From Balamuthia mandrillaris (taxonomy: Eukaryota), in NCBI GenBank assembly GCA_031835245.2, contig JAVKOQ020000005.1, positions 248,001 to 312,000 of the forward strand: DNA of 64,000 nucleotides, in the 5' to 3' direction. Positions 50,981 through 62,100 of this stretch are shown here, piece after piece. A model generated the notes under the pieces. That model ran no database searches. It saw nothing but the letters and a program-made list of their open reading frames with translations, and was not told the origin of the DNA. Position 1 is the stretch's first letter; every line of letters starts with the position of its first letter. The position numbers and the translations under genes were made by a program.

Positions 50981-51639
50981 TGGGTCTCCTCTCCTTCCTC
51001 CTCCACAATGTCAGACCAGTTGGCAGCACCATGATACACCTCCTCAGCCAGCGCGATGCTTGAGAGTTCCAAAGAGCTGTCCAAGGCCACTGTTCCAACA
51101 TTCTCCTCCTTTTCCTTCTTCTTCTCCATCTTTCTTTGCTCTTTAGGCTTCCACAGCGGTTTACCTTCATTCTTGGCTTCTTCAATTCGGGCTTTGCCCA
51201 CCCACCAGCGGGTAAAAGCATACAGCCTGGCTCTTTCCGCAATAATGTCTTCGGCAGCCTGGGCCGTCTCCAAAGTAACTCCCCAATGCTGCGTGCCATT
51301 CTTCTCTCCTACTTTCCACACTCCGACGTGCTTGAGCCCCAGCGCGAAGATCCTCTCACTTACCTTTTCCTTCTTAAGGTCCTTACCGCTCACCACAATC
51401 GATCTGCCCTCCACCGCCCCTACCTTGGAGTAGGGACTGGCAAAGCCATACTTTGGTTTTACTGTAGACCAATAGTTCGGGTCGGTTACTGTATCTTTGG
51501 TCCACGTCCTCCTGTATATGTTGGAGTTATCCTGCCAACATATCCCTTGTTCCTTTGCCATTTCTTCCTTCCAGTATTCCAAGCTTGGCGCGCTGACCGT
51601 AGTTGCCGTTGGAGGGAAATTCCTTTCCGCAGTAATCAT
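50977..51639 (-). CDS. LINE ORF1b (220 aa, possible RRM-like region)
   Basis: ATG 51639 overlaps the ORF1a stop (ATGA), and its stop overlaps the ORF2 ATG. A homologous stretch is open at 44924-45181. Confidence 0.7.
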   Translation of the reverse strand: MITAERNFPPTATTVSAPSLEYWKEEMAKEQGICWQDNSNIYRRTWTKDTVTDPNYWSTVKPKYGFASPYSKVGAVEGRSIVVSGKDLKKEKVSERIFALGLKHVGVWKVGEKNGTQHWGVTLETAQAAEDIIAERARLYAFTRWWVGKARIEEAKNEGKPLWKPKEQRKMEKKKEKEENVGTVALDSSLELSSIALAEEVYHGAANWSDIVEEEGEETQ

Positions 51640-52331
51640 ATCACACCGCGGAGCTGATCCGACCACCTCCGCGTAAGACCGTTGGGAACCCAGAGTAAGG
51701 CCGCCTTTGGTACTATTTGCACTTCCTTTTCCACCATAAGATTATTGATCTCCTTGTCGAGGGATTCAATCAGGTCCCTGAATCGTACAATCACTGCGAG
51801 TGAGAGTACGCCTGCCTCGGAGAGCTTACCACACTCGTGAGAAACACGGCTAATACAATCAAACAGCAGCGCCACTTGACTATTGGTTCGCTCCTTAACG
51901 CCGTCTGCACTGACTGAGTCCGAATCAATCTTCCCCTTGGGCACAACACTTGTCCCTTCCTCTCGGCGGGGCGAATCCGCTACCGAGTTACACTGATCCT
52001 CTGCCCCTCTGTCGTCCTCCTCCTTTTGGTTCACCCTGGGAGAAGGAATCTTGACTGTGGTAGTGTTCAGGTGCCCATACTTTTCCACCGCAAACTTGAA
52101 CGCTTCCTCCAGAAACTGATTTAGCTTGTCCCCTTTGACAAAACACTCGGGGATCTTTGTCTCTTTTTGCACAGCTTGCAAAGCGGGCTTCCACGAACGA
52201 TTACCGTTTAGGGTCCCCAGTCTAAGACGTTCCTTCATGGCCAGATCCACCCATCGACGTAGGACCTGTTCCCTCTCCTGACTGTCAATCAATTCAGTGC
52301 TCTTGCGTGGCAGAGTCCTATTTTTCCGCAT
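51636..52331 (-). CDS. LINE ORF1a (231 aa)
   Basis: ATG 9 nt inside the TSD-defined 5' end. Homologous fragment at ~45190-45643. Confidence 0.7.
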   Translation of the reverse strand: MRKNRTLPRKSTELIDSQEREQVLRRWVDLAMKERLRLGTLNGNRSWKPALQAVQKETKIPECFVKGDKLNQFLEEAFKFAVEKYGHLNTTTVKIPSPRVNQKEEDDRGAEDQCNSVADSPRREEGTSVVPKGKIDSDSVSADGVKERTNSQVALLFDCISRVSHECGKLSEAGVLSLAVIVRFRDLIESLDKEINNLMVEKEVQIVPKAALLWVPNGLTRRWSDQLRGVI

Positions 52332-53299
52332 TTTTTCCTCTGACCAACGAGTACTACTTAATAGAGAGGCTGACAAGCGAGTGTCCCTAGCCCAAAGAAC
52401 AATTGCTGCGTGCAACTTGCATCCACTTAGAACACTTGCTCTCCTCCCAAAAGAAGTTACTATGATATGGAACCTAAAGACCTCCACCTGGGAAGACCAC
52501 GATATCAGAAACCTCCTCAAAAACAGACATCCAAAAGCCAACAATCTGCATGAAGAATGGTAAAAGATGCCTTGAAACCACTGAACACCTTTATACCGCA
52601 TGTATTGTCTCCCAAAAACTTACCTCAAAAATGATAGAAGATATCAAAACCTACAACGTCCTTATTTCCTCCTTGCTGGCGCAACAAGTGAAAAACCTCG
52701 ACTTTTGGAACGGAGAACTTCCCTACTATCTAACTGCACACGGCACCAACAACAAAGATATCAACAGCATCACCCGTATTATCAACAGCACCAGAACCAA
52801 TATCTTCTTCAAGCGAAATGAGAAACTCAAAAAACTGCGCTACCTCAACAACTCATAAATAAAACCAAAGTTCCACACCTCTCCCCGATTGGCCCCTCCA
52901 GAAAGCAGAGACCCTTCAGGAGGTTGGACCTCCCAAAACCTGCCAGCCCGGTCAGGCGCCAGTGGACTGCCAGTGGAACCAATGCCCGGCTGCCTCATCC
53001 CCAATGGCAATAATAGCAAAACTCATATCTACCACACCATCCCAACGTTGAAACCTGCAACAAGCGAACTCCACACACCTCCCAACTTATAACATGTACA
53101 TGCTTAACAGGCGATCTAGCAACCTATGTGCTTCCCAATGCACTCTGCCCAATGGGCATTGACGCCAGTAAGCGGTGCCGTGGGTATTATTACCTACGAG
53201 GTTGAGCAGCCCAGCCCACTAGATAGCCAATAAACTATTTCAAAAAAAAAAAAAAAGTATTGCATTACTACAGAAGAAGGGAAAAAGAGGGGAAAAGGA

Positions 53300-53572
53300 G
53301 AGAATAACAGAATTAAAGACAGAAACTGCAATCTTTGGAAGGAATGTAGTAGAAAGGAAAAAAGAGGAAAAGGGAAGGAAAAGGATATCTAGAAGGTACA
53401 AATTTTGTCTGAAAGCTCATTTAACACCTTTCACTTGTGAATTATCATAACAACTGGGAAGGCAGGGAGGATAAGGGAATAAGAGAAGTAAGTGTACACT
53501 ATGTATGTACAATGCTTACTTTTTATGTATAGATTGGTGTTGCTCTCAAGCAGATAAACTTCTTATTACTAC
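53300..53572 (+). mobile_element. 3' UTR fragment of the APE-RT LINE
   Basis: Reverse complement of ~47451-47700, ending cttattactac. Confidence 0.85.
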
Positions 53573-53732
53573 TTCTGACTATTATATTACAAGCACCTCA
53601 AATATGGTGGAAAAAACCAATGCTCTTTTTTATAACCTTCAATTCTTGTTTGTATTAAATTCCTATTAGAGCCTAGTCTAGATAACTTATTAAGTGCTTT
53701 ATTGGAGCACTTACTATATTATATCACAATGT

Positions 53733-56462
53733 TTAATCCTTTATTTTTGTTTTTTCTAGACTTTTCTTTTCTTTGTATTTATTAAAATAGTTCTTTAAGA
53801 AGTTGTGTGCTTGTTTTGCTGTTGGACGATCTTTTGGCCAGTGTGCTATACACATGTTTATTAATTGAAACATAGCACTTGTATCTCGTGACTTCTTGCT
53901 ACCAGCTGTTACTTTACCACTGACTCCAATTTCCTCCAATAAACAAAGCAAGGTGTGACCAAAGCTCCATATGTCCATAGTTTCATTAGCTTCCAATTCT
54001 TTCAACTTATCTCCATTTAACTGAAGCAACTCAGGGGCAGTAAAATTATAGGTGCCAACTGGGAAAGTCAACTTGGTTCCAGCTGGTCTAGTTAGGCCAA
54101 AATCCGCCAAAAAGATCCTGCTTTCATGCTTATTGTCTTCATTCGTTGATTTTCCATTTAGCTCTTGTGGGGGCAGAGGAAGTAAAAGGTTTGCCGGCTT
54201 GATGTCTAAATGAATCAACTGAGTTATGTCATGCAGTTGCTGTAAAGTTTCCAACAAACAACATGCTATTTCCCACACTTGTGCTACATCCATTATTTGT
54301 CTAATGTGCTTGTGATAGCACTCTCCTTTCTCCTTTGTGTTTGCAGATGGCAAGCATTGGGTCAAAGGTAGCATCTGGGGCATAACCAACACAGCAAAGC
54401 ATGTCTCCAAGTGATAGTCATCTTTCTCAATATCCCAGAAGCAATCCAGCAAGGACACCACGCCTGATACTGTTGAGGCACAGAGATGCATGCTGATCTC
54501 CCTCATGGCAGCTTGAGGATGAGTCCACAGCCTTTTCAGCATTACAGGAAATCCATCTGAGGTCCTTTGACCATGCCACAGGTGAGTTCCAACCCGTCTT
54601 GTCACTTGGTATCTCCCCTGGTTTCGGGGAAGCACCCATCTTTCATTAGATCCAAGAGGAGGTGGTGGGCAAGGCCTCATCTCTCCTGCTCTTACCAGCT
54701 GACATTCTAGGGGTTCTCCTACTGTTCCCTCACCTCCTCTTATACCTGTTGCTCCTTGTGTTGTGCCGCTTCCTTTTTCCCCTTTGGTTCCTTGGTCTCT
54801 GTCTCCTCCTTTTCTTCTCCCCTTTTTAGCTGGGGTCTCATGCGTTGCTTCAAATTGATCAGCATAGCGATCATGTGTTTTGCTGTTCTCGAAGTTGAGT
54901 TGCTTGATGATCAATTGCCGCAAGGTCAGCATTGTCTGTAAACAGGCCGCCCGGTCTCTCGTCATGACCACGGGGGCCAGTGGAACGTTGAGGCAGTAGT
55001 TTGCAAAGCACCGTGTCATAATAGACACCCACAACACAGTTCCTATCCACTGGACTCCATAGATGGCGGTCAGCAATGGATTCTTGTCCAAGTCCTCTGC
55101 TGTTACCGAAGGGCAGCCGCGATGCAAAAGAGCGTCCCTCATTAGGCGAGCGAGTTTCACGCAGTCAGCATTGTTGCCGCTGTAGCTCGGGAGGGTTATG
55201 TCATGTGTGCCTATGTTGGTTTTGTATGCGGCAGTATTTAATGGAATATGCGCTTTTTCCTCCACAACCAACAAACAAGCCCTAAAAACCTGCCGCGAAA
55301 GCATCACCACCGGAGAAGTGGTTGCTATTTCGGCGTCAGGTATTTTGGTCACGTCCCGTGTGTAGCTGGCAGACTCAGAGATCGCTTCTCGTACTAGGTT
55401 CACCCCCGGTATGTCTCTCAGGAGGAAATCGAAGAGAGAGCCCCACAGGTTGACCCTGCACCAATTCTCATTCTGCTGTGCCCAGTTCAAGGTCTCTACC
55501 TGATGCAGCTGTCGTATGGCGTTGAACAGGTTGTCTGTTCTTGGTAGCAGACTAGGGGAGGAAGACGAAGGCCTGCCCCACAATCGGGTAGTGGACCCCT
55601 CAGGAAAGGAGTCAGAGGCACTTGTTGTTGTGGGAGATGAAGTTAGGAAAGCCTTTTCGATGCGCGCCATCTCCGTAGCTGCCTCTTCAAAAGGGGCAGC
55701 CCCTACGCTCTGGCATAATTCGGGAGTCAGCCAGCTAAAGTTGGCGAAGGTAGTCTCCCACTCTCCCCTCAAAATATCATCGATTCTTCTGCACTTCTGT
55801 GCGATAGGATGTTTTTCCTCCCTTTGGCTGAAAGGGAAATCCCAAGGATCAAGTGAAATGATTTTGCTCCGCACCAGAGACATGCAGGTCGTGTCCGCCA
55901 GGATACCACGTGCCTTGTTGTGAAAGAGCGCTTCTAACTGTTCGTCACTCTCCAGCGTGGTCGCCTCGAAGGGCAGCACGGCTAGGGATTCCACTGAAGG
56001 TTGATCTCCGCTTGTAGGTTGACGCTGTGCGTCGAGTACAGCAGAAGAGGAGGAGGAGGAAGGAGGAAGAGATGGATGTTGAGGAAGACGATATGAAGAT
56101 AGCTGTTCCTTCAGCTGTGCGTTTTGTTGTTGGAGCATCAAAAGCTGGTACTCGAGCTGGAGCTTCTCGTCTTCTGCTCCTTTCACCCCTTGGCCGTATA
56201 AAGCCTTTTGGAGGCGTTTGATGAGCGTATTTTTATTGCCTTTGGTACTAAGGCCGCGGGAGCGAAGCTCTGCTTGCAGCTCCCTTACGAACATGTTGGT
56301 GGGGTCTATCTCCTTACCCTCTTGGCTGGTTGGACCAAGTGGCAACCTTTCCCCTTCAGCTTTCTGATCCTCCTCCTCCTCCTCCTCCTCCTCTCTGTCC
56401 CTTTTCCTTTTCCTTCCTGCAGACCCAGCAGAAGCGCCGCCACGCTTAGCCCCCCGCTTCAT
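53733..56462 (-). CDS. Intronless SAP domain + coiled coil + REase-like + Ser/Thr kinase protein (~909 aa)
   Basis: SAP MFVRELQAELRSRGLSTKGNKNTLIKRL. Central RE..SESA...IPD...VVEEK. Kinase VMLK, HLDIKPAN, LADFG, GTYNFTAPE, DIWSFG, RPTA. Confidence 0.85.
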   Translation of the reverse strand: MKRGAKRGGASAGSAGRKRKRDREEEEEEEEDQKAEGERLPLGPTSQEGKEIDPTNMFVRELQAELRSRGLSTKGNKNTLIKRLQKALYGQGVKGAEDEKLQLEYQLLMLQQQNAQLKEQLSSYRLPQHPSLPPSSSSSSAVLDAQRQPTSGDQPSVESLAVLPFEATTLESDEQLEALFHNKARGILADTTCMSLVRSKIISLDPWDFPFSQREEKHPIAQKCRRIDDILRGEWETTFANFSWLTPELCQSVGAAPFEEAATEMARIEKAFLTSSPTTTSASDSFPEGSTTRLWGRPSSSSPSLLPRTDNLFNAIRQLHQVETLNWAQQNENWCRVNLWGSLFDFLLRDIPGVNLVREAISESASYTRDVTKIPDAEIATTSPVVMLSRQVFRACLLVVEEKAHIPLNTAAYKTNIGTHDITLPSYSGNNADCVKLARLMRDALLHRGCPSVTAEDLDKNPLLTAIYGVQWIGTVLWVSIMTRCFANYCLNVPLAPVVMTRDRAACLQTMLTLRQLIIKQLNFENSKTHDRYADQFEATHETPAKKGRRKGGDRDQGTKGEKGSGTTQGATGIRGGEGTVGEPLECQLVRAGEMRPCPPPPLGSNERWVLPRNQGRYQVTRRVGTHLWHGQRTSDGFPVMLKRLWTHPQAAMREISMHLCASTVSGVVSLLDCFWDIEKDDYHLETCFAVLVMPQMLPLTQCLPSANTKEKGECYHKHIRQIMDVAQVWEIACCLLETLQQLHDITQLIHLDIKPANLLLPLPPQELNGKSTNEDNKHESRIFLADFGLTRPAGTKLTFPVGTYNFTAPELLQLNGDKLKELEANETMDIWSFGHTLLCLLEEIGVSGKVTAGSKKSRDTSAMFQLINMCIAHWPKDRPTAKQAHNFLKNYFNKYKEKKSLEKTKIKD

Positions 56463-56769
56463 TTTCGGTGGTTGCAGTTGGCGAAAGAGGCAATGAGCAG
56501 CACAAGGTCTATGTTTCGCCCTCCTCGTCTTCACAAAAACCAAGACCCTTTGGTGAAGGAGAAGCCGTCGTCCCAAGGAGCGTGAAGCGGCAGAGAACAG
56601 CACGAGGAGAAGGCATGCGCCCGAGCCACACAGCGCTCCGGGCGGGTTTCTGGGGGTTTTGTCGACGGTACTGTGTAAGGTCGTCATGAAGCGGGACCCT
56701 CGCTCGTAAAAAAAATGGTAAAAGGCGGAAAAAAAGAGGAGAGAGAGAGAGGAGAGAGGAGAGACGAGA

Positions 56770-58680
56770 ATGGAGCAACCACGCAAGAAAAAACGAACGG
56801 AGAACGGCGGTCCCAGCTCCTCGGCAGGAAGCTCTAAAAAAGCCGGGGCGCAGCCTATCACTTTCAACTACACTCCTGTCGAAGATGCTACCGACAGCGT
56901 TTATTTGGGTGCTTCTCTGCCCTTCTTTTCACAGTGCCTCAGCTCCATGCTGGTACTGACCTTTTTTTGTTTATTCACCTTTTTTCTGAATGCAAAAGCG
57001 AGCTTTCCGAACGGACCTCCCCCGCTCTCTTCTTTGAACAACAGCGCAGCGGGCCTCCACTTCACCGCCTGGCAAGAAGACAAACGTGCAAGAGCCAAGC
57101 GCATACTCGTTGCCGAATCCGAAAAGATGCTTTACACCAACCAAGAACAGGGCAGAAGTCTTAATAAGTACTTCCTATCTGTTCTTCCTTCTCTCTCTCT
57201 CTCTCTCTCTCTCTCTTGCTCCTGCTACTCTTCCTCCTTCTCGCTTTACTCTGTTTTTTGACCTCGAGTTTCCGGCGCATTGCCGGTACCGATCTCAGGT
57301 ATTTTGTGGGAGTGTACCACAAACCCACTGGCACAGTGAAGCTTGTTGATGCTTCTCAAATATATAGCATGCAACAGAGAATTAAAGGCTTCAAGCCGAA
57401 ACTGCCAGGTTCTAGTTCTTCAGAGGTAGTACTGCTTTCCGCCTCTTGTTCTTTTACGTTTGCTTTCTTTTCGCTCTGCTCTATTCTTCTCTGGTTTTCC
57501 TCTTCCCTGTGGTGCTTTGCATTAGAACATGTTCTCACGACCAAATAAAAGGCGAGAGACAACAGAGAACAAAGGAGGCAGTTGGTCGAACAGTTTGGCA
57601 GCAGGAAGAACCGTACACAAGTTCATTCTGCACAAGCCAACGCCATCTCTGTGGATTCCATATCGAAGAAAGATTCTATTGCGGATATTATAAAGCAAAG
57701 AGCTTTCAACAACGATCACGCCAGTGGCAGTGCCCTCCGTTCCGACCTTCCTCCTTACAATGAAACAACGGAAGAGCCCTCTGAAATCTATCCTCTTGAC
57801 AATAGTACGTTTTTTTGGGCAGTTGTTGTTTCAGAAGATCTCCTGTTTATTGATCTCTCTTTCTTTGTCTTTCATTCTGTCTTCCATCTTTTCCTGGATC
57901 AGTGGTACCACCAAGCATCCTTGCCGATCTAGACGCGCAGGACTTTTTGGAGGCCTCCTCTAATAGTGACAAGTTATTGGCCTTCAGGCAGTCTACTGAG
58001 TTTGTAGCCCATTCCTTCGTTCCTGTCCTACTTTTATTTCTATCTCTCACCTCTTCTCGCTCCTTTGAAGCTATTCCGAGTTTGTATTGCGGCGGCTCTC
58101 CGCGCTTAAGGAAGTAGCAAATAAGGGCAAACGCGACGCTATGACCACTGCCCAGCTATTAAAACTGGTGCACCACTTTATGACCTTCCGTCGTTTTGCG
58201 GTAGGCCAGAGACGAGCTTTTTCGTTTGTGGACGCAGCAACAAGTTGCCCTTACATTCCCGAAGCACTGGTGCGCTTTTTATTGTCTCAGTTCATGGAAT
58301 GTATCAAAGCACGCAAAGTTGATAGGTATGTTTGTTTCTCTCTCTCTCTCTCTCTCTTTGTTTTTTCTTAAGACAGTTATTGTAGATACAAGTTCCCTAA
58401 GGCCTCGGCAGATAAGCTCATAAACTACATCCTTATTCTTTGTCTCCACGTGGATGACTACGAGACGGACTCAAATCTTATTGCATCAGATTTGAAGCTT
58501 CCACCAGATCGCTGTGCGCTGCACTTCATGTCCTTGGGTTGCAAGAAGCTAGGTCCTGCTTCCAAGAGAAAGAGAAAAGAGGGAGAGGGAGATGAAGTTG
58601 GAAGATCAGCGGGCGCGGTACGTTTGGTTGCCCCTTTGACATTCATGGAACAAAGGAAGAGGAGAAGCAAAGCAAAGTAA
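56770..58680 (+). CDS. POLR1E: RNA polymerase I subunit RPA49/PAF53, multi-exon
   Basis: ASFPNG, RILVAESEKMLY, YFVGVYHKPTG, LVEQFGSRK, LPPYN...EIYPL, DKLINYILILCLHVDDY...DLKL. Confidence 0.85.
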
Positions 58681-59198
58681 TATTCCTTAACGACATTTTC
58701 GCCATTGGAGACAACGAAAATAAAGCAAAAAGAGTAAAAGGGAAACAAAAAATAGAGACTGGCTGGCTAGCCAATAAAAATGAGCAACAGGGTGGTGCCT
58801 CAGCAGTATCTCAGGTATGGCGGCGCAAAGATCAAAAATTTTTCTCTTTTCTTTTGCTATTTTTATTTTCTCCCGAATAAAAAAACCAAGAACAAACGCA
58901 GCAGGCTTCAACTATGGGTCGTCCCGAGAAGTAGTGTCGGCACAAAAATTAACGCGAGAAGGGGAGAGCCTCGCTACCCCTCTCTTGTCCTCCCCAACAC
59001 CCCCCCCCCTCTAAAGCGGCGCCACGCAGCAAAATTTGGTGGGGAAAAAAAAGGACAACACTTTGCCTTCTCTGCTATTTTCGCTGGTGGCAATTTCTGT
59101 CGACTGCTTGCCCCGCCCCTCAACAAAAAGAGAGGTTAACAGCTAGCTTATCCTTCTCCCCCCTCTCCCCTACCTCCCCAGCAAGGCAGCAAGCGACC

Positions 59199-62100
59199 AT
59201 GGCAAGTAACGCAAGTCCCAGAAAACAGGGCAAAGAGGGGGAGGGCGGAACCAAAGCCCAGAAAAACAGGAAAAAGCAAGAAAGACTAAAGTCCCTTAAA
59301 CTGCTCCGTCTCTACGCCTCCAAAGGAGAAGTGCACCACCTGGCCTCTCTACTGGACAAGGCCAGCAAGCAACAACGGCAGCAGCAGCAGGAACGCTCTG
59401 AAGAGAAGAACACAACGACCCACACCTCGGAACAAGACGACGACCCAAGTACAGAAGAATGCTTCCTCAGCGTGGACTCCTGCGACAGGAATGGCAACAC
59501 GGCCCTCCACTGGGCGGCTGCACATGGGCAATTGGCCAGCCTTCGCCTTCTCCTAGAGAAGTACGGGGCAAACGTTGAGGCAGAAGACAAGGAGGGCTGC
59601 ACGGCCCTACACTGCGCTAGCTTGCGGGGCCACCTCGCCTGCCTGAAGTTCTTGATCAAACAAAGCAATGCCAACGTGAACCACAGGGACTTTGACGGAG
59701 CCACCCCCTTGCACAAAGCGGCAGCCATGGGTCACCGCCGCTGCGTGGAGGTCCTATTGAAAGCGGGAGGCAAGGTCAAGACAAAAGATCGCTATGGCTT
59801 CACGGCCCTTCACAAGGCCGCTTTCCATGGGAACCAGGACTGTTTGGCAGTACTTCTCCAGCATGGTGCCCCTCTGTTGCCCTCCGACCTTCGTCACACA
59901 AACAACGTTGCTGCTACTCTTACCTTTGCTTCTTCTCCGAGGGCCGATGCAAGTGGGAGTGGAGGAGCGGAAGGTGAGCCTTCTTCCCCTAAGCCCAGAA
60001 GCTCGTTGTTTGCCGTACCGCCAGCATCCACCGCCGCCGCGATAGTGGCTACAACCCCTCTCCATCTGGCCGCTTACAACGGCCATGCTCACTGCATACA
60101 CACTCTGCTGCAGCACGCATCTTCATGCTCCTCAACCACAACGCATGGCTCTTCTTCTGACCTTCTCAAAACTTTATTGGAGGCGCTTATGCCTGCGCAT
60201 GGTATAGCCGCTTTTGGCACCCTGGACCACAATGAAAGCACTACGCCTGTTGATGGAGGAGAAACCTCGCCAGTTTCATCATCTCCTCGCCCCAAGCAAA
60301 AGAAGCAGAACGATAGTCACACTTCCAAAAAAAATAAGGAAGCAAAGAAAGGAAAGGAGAAGAGACGGTATAACCAACCTACCACCCCACACCGTTCAAG
60401 CTCCAAACAAGATGCAGAAGGTAAATGGACGGCGTTGCATGTAGCAGCCTGGCGCTGGCATCCTGACGCAGTCAAGGAATTATTGGAGCAACAACTAGCA
60501 ACCTCTTCTCCCTCCTCTAAAGGCAAACAAGCCAAAAAAGGCCATAAGGCAAAGGCTAGTGCCACTGCGGATTCTGTTGCGAGTGATGGAAATGGCACCA
60601 TTACCCCGTTGCACTTGGTTTGTGCGGCCACTCTACTAAGCGCTGACGCTACTACCACCGCCGATGCAGATCTGTGTCTCTCCATATTAATCAAGGGAGG
60701 AGTCGACCCGAATGCTACCGACGCTTCAGGTGTTACTCCCCTGCACTTTGCAGCTGCCCGTGGGCACCAATCCTTGGTCCGCTTGCTTCTTCGCCACGGG
60801 GCCAAAGCCAACTCCATCGACTATCTTCAACGCACGCCTGCCTCTCTCACCAACTCTAAACCGGTGCTGTCCTTACTTGCTGAACAAAGCCCCGCTGCCA
60901 GTGCCAATACCTCTCCTTTGAACTCACCCCGAGAGGGGACTTCCCAACTCAAGACTGTTGCCGCTGCTCTTCCTTCGGTTTCCTCTAGCCTGGGAAATGA
61001 ATCCTCTGTTTCTCCCTCTGTGGCAAGGAAGAAAAAGAAGACCAAAAACGAAGAACAACAACATGTGGACGCATTACCCCTAGCCAAGCTTACCCGCAAA
61101 GAAAGTTTCATTGACGGAAGTGCAGATGAGGCACTCACTCCTAACAGGTCGCTGCCAGGTGACTCCAATGGTCAGAGCTTGAACGAGACTCCGCGCACCT
61201 CCGAGGATGTTGAAGCTATCTCTAGGATTTATTCCGGTTTGGATCGCTACGGCTTTCCCAAAAAGCAAGAAGAAAGGTTACTTGCAAAATGTTTTTTTTT
61301 TTTTGTTGTTTGTTTGTTTGTTTGTTTGTTTTTTTTTTTTTTTTTTTTTTTTTTTTTGGTTTCATTGTTTTTGTTTGTTTGGGGTTCATTTACTCATATA
61401 ACGTTCTCACTGTATTCCTGTCTTCCTCTTATCTATGTAGTGAAACAAATTTTGAAGCTGAAAGTAGAAAGAAAGAGATAAACCGTTCTATGAAATGGGC
61501 GGAGATGTTGAATACATGGGAACGATGGGAATCCAAAAAACAAGTCGGGAAGGTAAATCTCTTCCTCTCCCTCTTTCTCAACACTTATTCACTTTTATTT
61601 CTTTTTCTTTCGTAGCTACGGAAACGAGTGTTGAAAGGAATCCCCGATTGTGTTCGAGGTGAAGCATGGAAAAGGCTGGCACGGTCATCTGCGTTAAGAA
61701 ATGAAAACCCTCAACTCTACAAAGTAGGTCTCCGCTGGAATGTTTATCAGTAATTATTTATGATGAGGTGCTAACAACGAACCAATTTAGAAACTTGTAA
61801 ACACGAACGAGTACAACCCTCCTGTTGTAGAGCAGATAACAAGGGACATTAACAGGACTTTCCCTCGACATGTTCTATTCCAGGACAAAGACGGGTTAGG
61901 GTAAGAGAGCCTTGTCAGAAACTAAACTACGCTGTTCACCTCCAACTTTTTGTGCTCATTATTTTTTTAATTATTTTTACATCTTAGGCAAGCTGCCCTG
62001 TTCAACGTACTGAAAGCCTATTCTGTTTATAATCCGGCTGTTGGGTACTGTCAGGGCATGGGATTCATCACCGGTCTGCTCCTGATGTATATGGAAGAAG

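Larger units (their letters stand above)
47451..52340 (-). mobile_element. Full-length, apparently intact LINE (4890 bp) with 13-bp TSD and (TAC)n tail
   Basis: TGACCAACGAGTA at 47438-47450 and 52341-52353. Three open frames. Tail ...TTATTACTAC. Confidence 0.95.
45820..53256 (+). mobile_element. 5'-truncated non-LTR retrotransposon with RT + RNase H + CCHC and poly(A), interrupted at 47451-52340
   Basis: GVKQGDPLS, AFADD, YLG. RNase H motifs ATDGS, VEASA, ISDN, HVYSH and, after the insertion, NREAD. ETTEHLYTAC. AATAAA at 53229, A15 at 53242-53256. Confidence 0.9.

Noticed and set aside
52332..52601. N-terminal 90 aa of the listed 321-aa ORF
   Set aside because: Mostly beyond the TSD, in the antisense of the host LINE. 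The real start is ATG 52331.
56463..56867. N-terminal extension of the listed 1044-aa ORF
   Set aside because: Non-ATG start, overlapping POLR1E exon 1 and the shared promoter. ATG 56462 is more plausible.
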